A stretch of DNA of 53,492 bases from Octopus bimaculoides (lineage: Eukaryota). Under the pieces are notes generated by a model. It was not told the origin of the DNA and searched no databases. It saw nothing but the letters and a program-made list of their open reading frames with translations. Location: the NCBI RefSeq assembly GCF_001194135.2, contig NC_068999.1, positions 21,631,827 to 21,685,318 of the forward strand, given 5' to 3'. The position numbers and the translations under genes were made by a program. Of the stretch, positions 22,901-36,152 are shown in pieces (positions within the stretch are counted from its first letter, which is position 1; every line of letters begins with the position of its first letter).

Positions 22901-24064
22901 TTGTCAGCACAACATGACCAAGTTAGTGGTTGTAGTAGGTCAATGAATGAAACTTTGATAACCAATCAAATGGACTTTGTTCCGTATGATCTATGAAACA
23001 GAACTAAAATTAAGAGTCTTTTAGCCATGATCATTTTGCCGTGCTTTCAGGCATTGTATATCATGGTCTACATAAACCAATGTGTTATTTTCTAAGATGG
23101 TAGAGGGTAAGTCGAAAGACATTCAGCTTTTATTTACAGTAAGACTAGAAACTGTGTGAAGATTCCCTAGGTATACAGCAGCAGTACACTCTCATACATG
23201 CAAGAAGAGCTCTAATGTGAATGTAGCTTGACTCAGTCTTCATCAGTGTAACAATACTAAAATTAATAATATGGCTTACAGAGTAGTAAAAATGGTAGAA
23301 CACAACACGAAATGTAATCTAGTATTTAGTTATGTACCTTTGTGCTCTCAGTTCAAATCAGAGATCAACTATTTATTTTCCTGCCAAGGTTGATAAAAGA
23401 AAACAACGGTGCCTATGCTTCAACTTAGCAACAAGTGAACTCATGCCACAAATGTGAAAAATCAATATTATGTTCTGATGTTGTTGATGATAAATAATCA
23501 AACATTTTGAAATTGATTATATCTGAAGACATAATAGAGTATAGGTGGGTAAAGATGATGTCAGAGAGAGAGAGAGAGAGAGAGAGATTGAGCAATGTGT
23601 GTAAATGCAGGAAATGGTCAAATCCTATGAAGCAGACACACGATCAAAGATGTGACAGTAGCCTACAGATCTCTCAACAGGTAATTTGGTACTCTGTCCA
23701 TTCAGCCAAAGTGTATACACACACATACACAACCACCATCATTATCACTTTCACATGTATTTTTCCCCAGCTTTTATGGTGAAGTAGTATTCTATGGTCA
23801 GATGTCCTTCCAGCAGCCGACTTTCGTTTTTCAAGTAAGATGCTTTATTTCAAACTGAACCACTCTTCAGGAAGTTTTGTGTGAGACAAATGAACAATGT
23901 TGCCACTGAAGCAGTCTCATATGAAGATACAAAAATACAAACACACACACACACTCATAAATACATGAAAATAAATATATAAGCATGCATACATATGTGA
24001 TGGGCTTCTGTACAGTTCCAACTTCACTCACAAGGTATTGGTCAATTTGAGGCATTCTATAGAA

Positions 24065-24359
24065 CAGGGGTTTTCAAACTTCTTGACTTGCGGACCCCTT
24101 TATATTTCAGGCTTTACTTTAGGAACCCCCTTATAAACGCTTATGAAATTTATACATAAATATTTGCTTAAAATAACATATTTTTACATTTATTTATTTA
24201 ACAGTATTTAACAAATAGGTTTATTGTCAATTAAAAGATTTCGATTAAAAAACATATATAAAATCAAATTGCCCATAAAAAGTATTTGCTGTCCACGGAC
24301 CCCCTATCTTGTCCTTGCGGACCCCCTGTGGTCCATGGACCACAGTTTGAAAACCCCTG
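24065..24359. mobile_element. hAT MITE
   Basis: Perfect 16-bp TIR CAGGGGTTTTCAAACT. Perfect 8-bp TSD CTATAGAA (24057-24064, 24360-24367). Subterminal GCGGACCCC repeats. Confidence 0.92.
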
Positions 24360-27300
24360 CTATAGAATATGTACAGAGATAACCTTAACAAGTGACGTAA
24401 AGTGCACTGTTAACACCGCAGAACATGGTATTGACTTATAAAAACGTTTAATATACTTAATAGTATATTATGGTTGCATAACGAACTACCGCGTCCCTAC
24501 AAGTCATTAACAAGTTAATGAATGAACCTTAATGTGTCACTCATCTCAGAAGAAATAGCAGCTAAAACTTCAACGGACTGATCTGAGATTAAACCATTGG
24601 CTACCTCCGTGTCATCATTGTTCAATTCTCTTTGACTCAGACACTATAATTAAATATTCTGTTACATTGAACTGCACAGCACTTATTATACGATGTACAC
24701 AAACATTAATGTATTTCAAACAGACTAATATATCTTATTCAATAAAACTTTATACAAAAACAGATGCATTGAAAACGAGGGGGAAGTAACTCGCACCCAT
24801 ATAAAAAGATTTTTTAATCTTCGATTGTAATTACATTCCCATTTAATGTTATATTCCGTGAAGTGCATTTTATTTAAACATGAGTTGTCACATGAATTTC
24901 ACGTGCATCTGGATAGACGGGCGGACCAACAAATAGTCTGGCATTCTAACAAGTCCGCCAATTCACACACACACACGCTTCCAAATTTATTCCAGGAATT
25001 GGATTATTGGATTCGAAATTGTCGGAAATACTGAGAGAGCTCTTATATCGCCTGGCTACTCTAGAAAAGAAAACCGATTTCTTTCATGAAGGACAATTTG
25101 ATAATCATGGATTCTAGCACCAGTATAATTATAAATGATGTCCTTTATATTTAATATCCATTATTTGTATACATATTATGCTCCAAGAATTCCTGTGTAT
25201 CAATACGAATAATAAAAAAGAAATGTACGCAAGTACAGGTGTGGCTGTGGTAAGAAGTTTGCTTCTCAAACACATGGTTTCGGGTTCAGTCTTACAGTGT
25301 AGCATCATCGGGCCGTGAGTGAATTTGGTAGAATGAAAATGAAAGAACCCCGTTATATATTTGTGTTTGTGTCTGTCACTCAACACGTTGATTTGTTTAC
25401 GTCCTCGTAAAAAGAGACAATAGAATAAGTACCAGACTTTAAAAAATAAATAAATAAGTCCTGAAGTCGGTTTGTTCGTTCGACTAAAACACTTCAAGGC
25501 AGTGGCCTAGTATGGCCGCAGACTGAAACAAATAAAAGATAATAGATAATATAATAAAATTTGCAGCACGACCCCATCTCTGTTTCCTTGACATGCAAAC
25601 GAAAACAAATTAGCTGTAGTTCACTATATCTGAATTTCGTGGAAATACTGATCTGTTGTTTAGTTAGCAGAACTTTCACTTACTCTACATTTCGTGGAAA
25701 CACCAAACAGTAAGTTAGAATACTAACATGCATCGCTACTTAATTTTAAGTAGCAATGCATGTAAGTTCATGTAATAATTGTCTACACAGATACATGTAT
25801 GCATATACATGTGTGTGTTGGGGGTGGGTAGATAAATAGGGATATTTATCTATTTAATGTGTCTCTTTTATCTTTTACTTGTTTTGGTCATTTTTTACTG
25901 TGGCCATGCTAGGGTACCGCCTTGAAGGGTTTTAGTCGAACAAATCAACCCCAGGACTTATTTTTTAAAGCCTGGTAATTATTCCATCGGTCTCTTAGGC
26001 GAACTGCTAGGTAACGGACGTAGGTACACCAACACTGGTTGTCGAGCGGTGGTGAAGGATAAATACAGACACAAAGACACGCACACAGATATATACAGGT
26101 GTGTGTGTGTGTGTCGGGCTTCTTTCAGTTTCCGCCTACCAAATTCACTCACAAGGTTTCTGTCAGCTATGGGCTTCAGTACAAAACACTTGCCCAAGGT
26201 GGTACGACTGCGTCTAAGAATAACAACCAAATCTCCGTGTAGTTTATTATCTATTAAACGATAAGGAAGACTAAATATTATTAACCCCTTTCAGTACAAA
26301 AGAAAAAGGCCATGTCAATTGACTGTTTCGGACTCTTAAACTTCAACAACAACAACAACTATGATGGCCAATATTTTCTTTCTAAAGATGATGCAACAGT
26401 ACAAAATGATGATGCAATACTCGGAATGTAATGATTTCAAACAGGTAGAAAGAAAATAACGAGGAATCAGAGATTACTCATTTCGCACACACAACCTCTA
26501 TACTACTCTACATGGAGTATTCGAGTACTCGTTTTATACACGTTGCTTTGCATGTGTGCTTACTTGCGGGGAGGGGGGGGATGCAATCCTTCGGTATTAG
26601 TAAACGACGTCATTCATCACACAGCGTTCCCTCATGAAGCGAAGAGGGTAAGATGGTAAACTGATAAAGAGGATGAGTGACATCGTCTACTAATACCGAA
26701 AGTTTGCCATATGCGTGTGTGTAAGGAAATGATTGAATAAATATTCTTTTCTACTCTAGGCACAAGGCCCGAAACTTAATTAATCGATCTCGAAGGGTGA
26801 AAGACAAAGTCAACCTCGGCNNNNNNNNNNNNNNNNNNNNNNNNNNNNNNNNNNNNNNNNNNNAACTCAGAACGTAAAGACAGACAAAATACCGCTAAGC
26901 ATTTCGCCCGGCGTGTTCACTGCCTTAAGAAAACGATTGAATAAATATTGTAAACCTAAAAATTGTATGCGGTGGTCACAACTGGAATAACTTTGATCAG
27001 AGGCCTGCTTAATCGAGATTGACCAGGGCCAAAAGTAGCAAAATCGTTACAGCGTCGGCAAAAATGCTTTGCGATATTTGTTCCGGCTGTTAACATTCTG
27101 AGTTCAAATCCCGCTGGGATTAATTTCGCCTTTTATCTCTCGGGGGTCGATAAAATAAAGTACCAGTTAAGTACTAGAATCGATGGTATCGACTAATCCA
27201 TACCCACCCCTCTTATGGTGGTTGGCCTTGTACCTAAATAAATGGATTTAAAAGTTAAAATTTTGTATTGTACGAACTTCAGGAGTGGGAGAAAGTGAAA

Positions 27301-30300
27301 CGAAGAATGATTTAAGGAGAATGAAACACGTCAGCATTGAAGAAATGGGAGGAAGATAAAGTGAACGAGTGAGAGGGGGAGTACACAGATGAAAAGAGAT
27401 AGAGTGAAAGAGGGGAAAGGTAGAGTAAAACTATATCACAGAGATAGAAACATTTAAAAGAGAAAATGTGAGTGGGGAAGAGGAGGAGTGACAGCTATAA
27501 AATAAACATGAGTGGAGGAGAGGGATACAAAGAGAGGGAGAGAAGATAAAGTAAGTGGTGCAGGAGATGACAGCTATAATGTAATAGAAAGAGGAGAAGT
27601 GAGGTGCACCTGTATGGTCGCCTGAGATTCTAAGAATAGCAGCCAAATCTCCGTCAAGTTACTCCCTACAGCCTTAAAAAAAGTCGGATGTGACTGAAAA
27701 AACACAAAGGATTATCATGGTTGGAATGTCTTTTTTACTTGAATGAGAGATAGCTACAATGAAAGAGAGAGGAAGATAACTCTTACAAAACAGAAAGACA
27801 GTAAGATAGAATGAGAGAAAGAGAGAGCTAAAACGAAACAGAGACACTGCTTTTATGAAACAGCGAAGAACTTGCAGGCCACTCAGTCCAGTGTTCTGCC
27901 GTTTCCACCACTTTTCTTCCCACACCATAATCTATATTAAATACCTGAGCATACAGACTGAAAGATACACATATTCTTTTCTACTCTAGGCACAAGGGCC
28001 CAAAATTTTGGGGGAGGGGGTCAGTTGATTAGATCAACCCCAGAATGCAAATGGTACTTAATTTATCGACCCCGAGAGGATGAGAGGCAAAGTCAACCTT
28101 GGAGGAATTTGAACTCTGAACATAAAGACAAACAAAATACTGCTAAGCATTTTGCTCGGTATGCTAACAATTCTTATTTCTTTATTGCCCACAATTGGCT
28201 AAACATAGAGGGGACAAACAAGGACAGACAAAGGGATTAAGTCAATTACATCGAACCCAGTGCGTAACTGGTACTTAATTTATCGACCCCGAAAGGATGA
28301 AAAGCAAAGTCAACTTCGGTGAAATTTGAACTCAGAACATAGCAGCAGACGAAATAACGCTAAGCATTTCGCCCGGCGTGCTAACGTTTCTGCCAGCTCG
28401 CCACCTTAACATATACATATATTAAAAGAGGAAAGTTGATGTTTTCTTCCACTCTCTTTGAAGGATTTTCACCTCTGTAGATTGTCCCATTGTAGCTAGC
28501 ACTCTCTCTCTCTCTGTTTTGTTATAGCTGTTTCTCTTCTGTTTTATTATAGCTATCTCTCTGTCACTGTTTCAAATTGCGTGTGAACCAACTTTTAATC
28601 TGAATTGTCTTCGTCTTTCACACATCTAAGGAAGGAAGGCAAAAAGTACCGGTAATCTATTGAATCTACACATAGCCATGCAGTGGAGTTCACTGTACAA
28701 TCCTGAGGTTCAAGTTTCAAACCCACTGCACAGTACCTTAAGCAAACACCTTCTACCATAACCTCAGACCAACCCAAGCTCTGTCAGTAAAAATCAGGAA
28801 GATAAAAACAGTACAAAACAGCATCAGGAGCACTGTACCTATTTTGGGATGACAGATTTAGTTTGTCATCTGAGTTAACACCACCACTTGGGACTCCCTA
28901 TTGCAAAAATTCCAACCAGGTCTGAGCTCTATGAATAACTCTTCTTCTCCGTACCAGTTTTCAGTGTCCTGTAAAAAGACACTGTTCTTCCTTCTCTGAT
29001 TAAATCATAATAATTCTTTCTTCTATAGGCACAAGGCATGAAAATTTGGAGGAGAGGGCTAGTCAATTACATTAACCCCACTGCTACTTATTTTATTGAT
29101 CCCAAAAAGATAAAAGGTAAAATCAGCTTTGGCAGCATTTGAACTCAGAATGTAAGGAGCTAGGAGAAATGCTGCTCGGCATTTTGTCCAGCATGGCAAC
29201 AATTGTGCCAGCTCACCACCTTTGACCACACCATAATAATGCATCATTTCAGAGAGTGCAATGTGGATCTTAGCTTGAAGAAGCATAGGCATGGGACATA
29301 CCCAGTCTGCATGTTATACGTGTGTTTGGTCAGTGCTAACAACAGGGTAAATCATCCTAAAGAAAGAATATGTAAGTATGTATGTATGTATGTATATAGA
29401 CACACACATCACAAAGTCCAGTCTTTGTAGCAGTGTGTAGATAATTGAATCAATGGCCCCGAGTGTTATGCCAGGAGAGCATTTTGTCAAGTATGACAAC
29501 AATCCTGCCAGCTCACCACCTTTGGCTACACTATAATAATGGTTTCGAATTTTGGCACAAGGCCAGCAATTTCAGGCTAGGGGCTAATTCAATTACATCG
29601 ACCCCCCCCCCCCAAAGTTCAACTGGTACTTATTTTATCAACTCCAAAAGGATGAAAGACAAAATTGACCTCGGTTGAATTTGAACCCAGAACACTGGAA
29701 GTTTGGAAAAATGCCACTAAGAATTTTGTCTGGCATGTTACGGTTTTTGCCTTATGACTACACCATAATAAGGGGAAAAAAAAAAGTACCCATTGGGGCC
29801 TGGCCTTCTGCAAAAGTTAGGAATCAATATAAAAGATATTAAATTATACATATTAGTAAAAACAAAAAGAAAAATAGTGAAAAGACAAAATTACGAAGAA
29901 CCCACTCTTAGAAATCATACCCCTCTTGCTTACTGGGTTTGGGGGATATGGGGCAAAGAGGAAACCTTTATACAAGCTGACAAATAATTTTGTACATGGT
30001 CACATCTTGATCAAATCACACCTGACTCTCTTTAAATATAGACATTGAATTAGTTAAACCATCTGAATAAAAGCTAGAAAATTACCTTTCATCATTACCC
30101 TTCTAGATCAGGATTGATATCCACAAAAAGCAGGATATTCACAGAGGCATTGAAAACCCATGCAATTAATCATTTCAGGGAGTGTAATATGGATCTTGGC
30201 TTGACAGAAGCACAGTATATCCAGAACAGGTATGGGACATACACAATCTGCATGTCAAACATGTGTTTGCTCAGTGCTAACAACTGTAAATCATCCTAAA

Positions 30301-30705
30301 GAAAGTATGTATGTATGTACGTCCACACATACCACAAAGTCCAGTCTTGTTGCAGTGGTTAGTTGCATCAATGACCCTCAGTGTTACGCCAGCAGAGCAC
30401 AAGCTCCTGTTAGGGCCTCCTATGCTGTAAAGGTCAAATGATAAATGCCAAACTAATATTGACTATTGCTGCCCTGACATAAAATAGGTTTGCATAGGGC
30501 CAACAACCCTACCTAGAAAAGAGCAAAGTTACAGGAACATCGATGGCAATTCAGAACCAACAAGACCTGGGAGAGAAAAGGCTTTCCCTCAGTTAAACAT
30601 ATACCCCAACTTAGAATCCAAGGGCTTTAGTAGGTATACACATATACACACAAATTGCTTTCACAACAGCTTTTTCCATATTAGCAAGGGTTGGACAAGG
30701 CTTAA

Positions 30706-30885
30706 CTCTTTAGCATTTAAACTGGCCATATCAAACCAACCAGATGTGGCCTCTCACACCAATATCATTCTAAAACTTAATTTAACTCATCAAAATTTCA
30801 AAGCTATGAGATAATGCATGATTAATTCAAAACAATGTGGATAAACATGCATTACTTTTGACAGAATAATGTGAGTGTTAAAAGG
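30706..30885 (-). mobile_element. piggyBac-like MITE, family B
   Basis: TTAA at 30702-30705 and 30886-30889. Reverse-orientation homologue of 9342-9561. Confidence 0.7.
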
Positions 30886-32128
30886 TTAAGACTATTTTTC
30901 TACAGCAAGATGCTCTTTCTGTCACCACCCCTTGTTCTTCGATCTTCATGTGTCAGAACCAGAAAGCTATGGAATGTATTGTTTTACAAGAGGCTTAAAC
31001 AAGTATCACCATTTTCGATCAAATGGTAACAATGACACTCTGAAGACAAGCAAAAATAAACAGTCTTGGAAGGCCTACAAAAATGGTCAAGGGTATACTG
31101 GCCTTCCACCTGATAAAAAACCATAACTAAATCATCACCATTTAGGTTTAATAAGTGTAATAATCTTTTTCACTTCATTAAGACCCTTCTCTGCCACTCC
31201 ATGCAATAAACAAACAAGAGAACATCTTTATGGTTGAGCCAAAACTCACCCTGCCATCCTGGAAGGAAAAAATGGTACATAGCTAATATAGTTTGAGTTG
31301 TACTATGCTGGATAAAGAAAAAATAAAGCAGGTGGCCATGACTGGAATGCTTTTGTCTTCTACTATAGTTCTGGTCAACTAAAACCTTGTGAGTGGATTT
31401 GGTAGACAGAAACTGAAAGAAAGCTGTCAGTGTGTGTGTGTGTGTTTATGTTTGTCCCCCACCACCACTTGACAATTCATTTAAAGTCCCCTTAACTTAG
31501 CAGTTCAGCAAAAGGGACTGACAGAATAAGTACCAGATTTAAAACAAAAAAAATAAGTACTGGGGGTGGTCAAGACATTTGACTAAAAGTTCTTCAAGGC
31601 AGTGCCCCAGCATGGCCACAGCGTAATGACTGAAACATGAAATATAAAAAATATCTTGGTAAGAACTCTACAATCTTTGACCCAAAGTAAATTTACAATC
31701 AAAAATGTTCCAGTCATGGCCATCAAGACATTTTCTAAATGTTTTCCCTTTTGTTTTGTTCCAAGATGATAGTGTACCTTAAAGGAGATTTAACAGAACA
31801 TTCACATTTATAGGTTCATTCAGAGGCTCATTATTATATATTATAGACATGAGATGTGGCAGAATTCATTCTTCTCCAGGTTATATAGCAACAAGGGAAA
31901 CGGATCTCAGCACTGAAAACTAAGAAAAAAAATATCACTTTTACAGTGCTCCGACCACGTACATTAATGACCTTTTGTGGTACCTATTTACAGCTAAATG
32001 GACTGAAACAATGAGACTGAAGTGTCTTGGCCATGGACACTGAACATCACTGAGACGATATGAACCCTGTACCCTTTGGATGGTTGTCCTCCAAAATTAT
32101 CAATTCAACTAGATTCAGCTCTCATGCA

Positions 32129-32304
32129 TACTCTTTTACTTGTTTCAGTCATTTGACTGTGGCCATGCTGGAGCACCATCTTTAGTCGAGCAAATCGACC
32201 CCAGGATTTATTCTTTGGATGCCTAGTACTTATTCTATCAGTCTCTTTTGCCAAACCACTAAGTTACGGGAACCAAGCGATGTTGGGGGGACAAACACAG
32301 ACAG

Positions 32305-32389
<85 letters not shown>

Positions 32390-32540
32390 CACACACATAT
32401 ATACGACGGGCTTCTTTCAGTTTCCGTCTACCAAATCCACTCACAAGGCTTTGGTTAGCCCGAGGCTATAGTAGAAGACAATTGCCCAAGGTGCCACGCA
32501 GTGGGACTGAACCCGGAACCATGTGGTTGGTAAGCAAGCA
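32129..32540 (-). mobile_element. Near full-length tRNA-derived SINE, family 1, with internal (TA)n
   Basis: Reverse complement of the family-1 head and tail around a (TA)n tract. Other copies at about 16510-16840, 19850-20790, 25235-25540, 25870-26200, 31360-31650, 35420-35710, 40330-40490, 49903-50310 and 50460-50680. Confidence 0.9.
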
Positions 32541-32618
32541 AAGTCTGCAGCACAAATTGAATTCCAAGTTGAACAGTATCACTTAATCCTTTTCAAGCAA
32601 ACAAAGGAGCCTCTAAAT

Positions 32619-32981
32619 CAGTGGTTTTCAATTAGGGTGTGTGTGACCCTTAGTAGTCCATGTAAGGTTTTTGGGGATCCACGCAACACAACAGTAAACT
32701 GGGGATCCACAATAATTCTTATGAGTTCATGAAAAAACTTTGCTTTAGATGTATTTTTATTGCAAGAAACAGCTACATTTCTTTCTCTAACATTTTACAT
32801 AGTTTGTTTCAGTGAGTCTTATTTCAAACCTATGCAAGTGAACATGTGAAAAGCAAAATAGGAATTTCGAAAGAAGTATCAATAAAATTAGATTTTAAAC
32901 ATCAAATGGCTACGAGGGTCCACCAGAATAAAGATAGTAATTAAAGGGGTCCATAGATTAAAAAATGGCTGAGAACCACAG
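32619..32981. mobile_element. hAT MITE (older)
   Basis: CAGTGGTTTTCAA ... CTGAGAACCACAG ends. Flanks CTCTAAAT / CTTTGAAT match at 6 of 8 positions. Confidence 0.6.
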
Positions 32982-33719
32982 CTTTGAATGATGTTTGACC
33001 TGCTACAAATAGCAGTAAAATGTCACCTCAAATCATAGCCAACCACCTTTAAAAAAAAAGCGGGGAGACCATGAATGATATTGCATCAGAAAAATTAAAA
33101 AAGGAAAGATTGATAATGGCTGTTCAGAAGTCTGTTTGATCAGAACTGACCTGATGCATAACAATGATTTAACTGTACCCAATAATAATAATAATAGTAA
33201 TTATTTCATATTTTGACACAAGGCCAGCAATCTTAAGGGAGAGGGTAAGTCAATTACATCAACCCCAGTACTTGACTGGTACTTTATTTTATTCACCTTG
33301 TAAGGACTGACAGGCAATGTTAACCTTGATAGTATTTGAACTCAGAACATAAAGAGCAAAAAATTGCTACCAAGTATTTTGCCCAACATGCTAACAACTC
33401 CAATTCAGCTCACCACTTTAATTATTATTATTATTATTATAACAATAATAATAATCCTTTCTACTATAGGTACAAGGCCTGAAATTTTGGGGGAGAAGGA
33501 TAGTCAGTTACATCAACCACAAGTACCCAACTAGTACTTATTTTATCAAACCCGAAAGAATGAAAGGCAAGGTCAACCTCAATGGAATTTGAACTCAGAA
33601 ATATCACTAAGCATTTTGCTTGGTGTACTAACGATTCTGCCAGCTTGCCACCCTAATAATAATAATTAAGAGACTGAGAGCATCATACTGGCAGCAGAAA
33701 ACCAAGCATTGGCCATAAA

Positions 33720-34105
33720 TTGGAGAGTCAACTTTAGGAATGAGCAAGTGTCTCCACTGGTTCACATCTGTAATAAAGTGGACAAAACTATTGCCCATTT
33801 CATGAACAAATGCCCAAGACTTGCCCAAAACCACTGTAAGTTGTGGCAATATGATGAGGTAGCGAAAACGCTACACTGGAAACTATGCAAAGAATAGAGT
33901 CTAGAGAGATATAAGACATGGTATGGGCACAAACAACAGAGATCGGCAGAGTTGGAAACCTGCAAAATCCAGTGGGACTAGAGCACAACAAGCTGGATCT
34001 CGTGGTCATGGACAAGAACCACATGTGCTATATAATTGATGTTGCATACACCTTTGATACACAAATAGTCAAGAAGGAAGGTGGAAAAATAGACATTGAT
34101 ATGAG
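33720..34105 (+). mobile_element. RLE-type non-LTR retrotransposon fragment (R4/Dong-like), zinc knuckle plus restriction-like endonuclease
   Basis: CNKVDKTIAHFMNKCPRLAQNHCKLWQYDEVAKTLHWKLCKE and NKLDLVVMDKNHMCYIIDVAYTFDTQIVKKEGGKID resemble CRLC..ET..HI.S.C..LA...Y..RHD.VA..LHW.LC and RPDIVV..K....CLIIDIAVP.D..I..KE.EKI. Disrupted by stops and frameshifts. Confidence 0.8.
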
Positions 34106-34472
34106 ATCACTATGTTGCACACATATGGTTGTGATGCATGTGCCTGATGCACTCTTATCAGACGGGTAGTCATGATAGGTATACTGAGCTTCGTATATTT
34201 TACCCCAGTGTCACTTTGATGGCATGCACTACTCTCTCACTCAATAATAATAATGGTTTCAAATTTTGGCACTAGGTCAGTAAGTTCAAGAGAGGGCTTA
34301 AGACTTTTACACTGACCCCAATGTTCAACTGGTACTTATTTTATCCCCCTGCTTCAGATGAAAAGCAAAGTCGACTTTGGTGGGATTTGAACTCAGAACA
34401 TAAAGATGAATGAAATGTCACTAAGCACTTTATCCAGCATGCTAACAACTCTGCCAGTTTGCTGCCATATAA

Positions 34473-34508
<36 letters not shown>

Positions 34509-34715
34509 GTCTCAAATTTTGCCACAAGGGCAGCAATTTGGGGGGGAGGGAATGAGTTGATTACATCGACACCAGTGTTCAACTGGTACTTATTTTATCG
34601 AACCCAAAAGGTAAAGTCAATCGCGGCAGAATTTGAACTCAGAACATAGCGATGGATAAAATACTGCTAATCATTTCATCCGGCGCTAACAATTCTGCAA
34701 GCTCGGCACCTTATA

Positions 34716-34756
<41 letters not shown>

Positions 34757-34804
34757 CAAACATTGACACATGGTTATAAACGTGGGAGTGGAGCTTAGTC
34801 TTAA

Positions 34805-35030
34805 CCCTTTCGTTACCAACCCAGCTGAAACTGGCTCTGGCTCTGGCTCTGAGTACAAATGTCTTGTTTTCATAAGTTTGGAATTAAAATCTTCCACCAA
34901 ACCTTAGTCACAATTTATGTTCCTAACACTAGCTGAATGAAAGCTAAGTTATTTTACTAAATTCTTTGTTATATTTAAAGTAACTGAAAGAAACACGGAG
35001 CATCTGAAAATAAATACAGTAAAGAAAGGG
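34805..35030 (+). mobile_element. piggyBac-like MITE, family A
   Basis: TTAA|CCCTTTCGTTAC...GTAAAGAAAGGG|TTAA, with TSDs at 34801-34804 and 35031-35034. Confidence 0.8.
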
Positions 35031-36115
35031 TTAATCCCAGTACAATCACATTTTTATCAAACTTGGAATGATAAAAGGCAAATTTGACTTTGATGAGAAT
35101 TTTAGCAACAGACNNNNNNNNNNNNNNNNNNNNNNNNNNNNNNNNNNNNNNNNNNNNNNNNNNNNNNNNNNNNNNNNNNNNNNNNNNNNNNNNNNNNNNN
35201 NNNNNNNNNNNNNNNNNNNNNNNNNNNNNNNNNNNNNNNNNNNNNNNNNNNNNNNNNNNNNNNNNNNNNNNNNNNNNNNNNNNNNNNNNNNNNNNNNNNN
35301 NNNNNNNNNCTGAAAATGAATGACACTCTTTCTATGCGAGTGACACTCATTTACAGTTATCATATGATGTTGAAGTGAAGAGGTACAAACACACACACAT
35401 ACATATATATATTCTTTTATTCTTTTATTTGTTTCAGTCATTTGAATGCGGCCATGCAGGAGCACCGCCTTTAGTCAAACAAATCGACCCCAGGACTTAT
35501 TGTTTGAAAGCCAAGTACTTATTCTATCGGTCCCTTTTGCTAAACCGCCAAGTTACAGGGATGTAAACACACCAGCATCAGTTGTCAAGTGATGGTGGGG
35601 GGACAAACACAGACACACAAACACACACACATATATATACGACGGGCTTCTTTCAGTTTCCATCTACCAAATCCACTCACAAGGCTTTGGTCAACCCAAG
35701 GCTTACTTACCACACTGCCAATCTTGCACCTATGCACACACACTTTGGAAGCATTGAATGAATATGTTGTATTTTACAGACAAGAATGTAAATTTCACAA
35801 TCTCTCTCTGCTGATAATATTATCATTATCTTATATTATGATATTTATATAGAAATATATACAATATATAGACATACATATATATATATATAGACATGCA
35901 TATATATACATATAGACATACGTATATATACAACAGACATGGTGGTTGTCTACTCCTTACACAGAGTTTGACCACCTCCTGCACCTACACCTTAGCCTTT
36001 TCATGGCGTCTGATGTGGCTTTTTACACCAGACAATGTACATATACATACATACATATATATACATACATACATATATACATACATACATATATAAATAT
36101 ATATGTATGTATGTA

Positions 36116-36152
<37 letters not shown>

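Noticed and set aside
24977-25099. Plus-strand open stretch ASKFIPGIGLLDSKLSEILRELLYRLATLEKKTDFFHEGQFDNHGF*
   Set aside because: No start codon; joining it to the 22.2-kb candidate exon creates an immediate TGA; no recognised homology.
30932-31126. 64-aa ORF MFFDLHVSEPESYG...
   Set aside because: No splice or homology support; may be a decayed LINE RT relic, but similarity is too weak to call.
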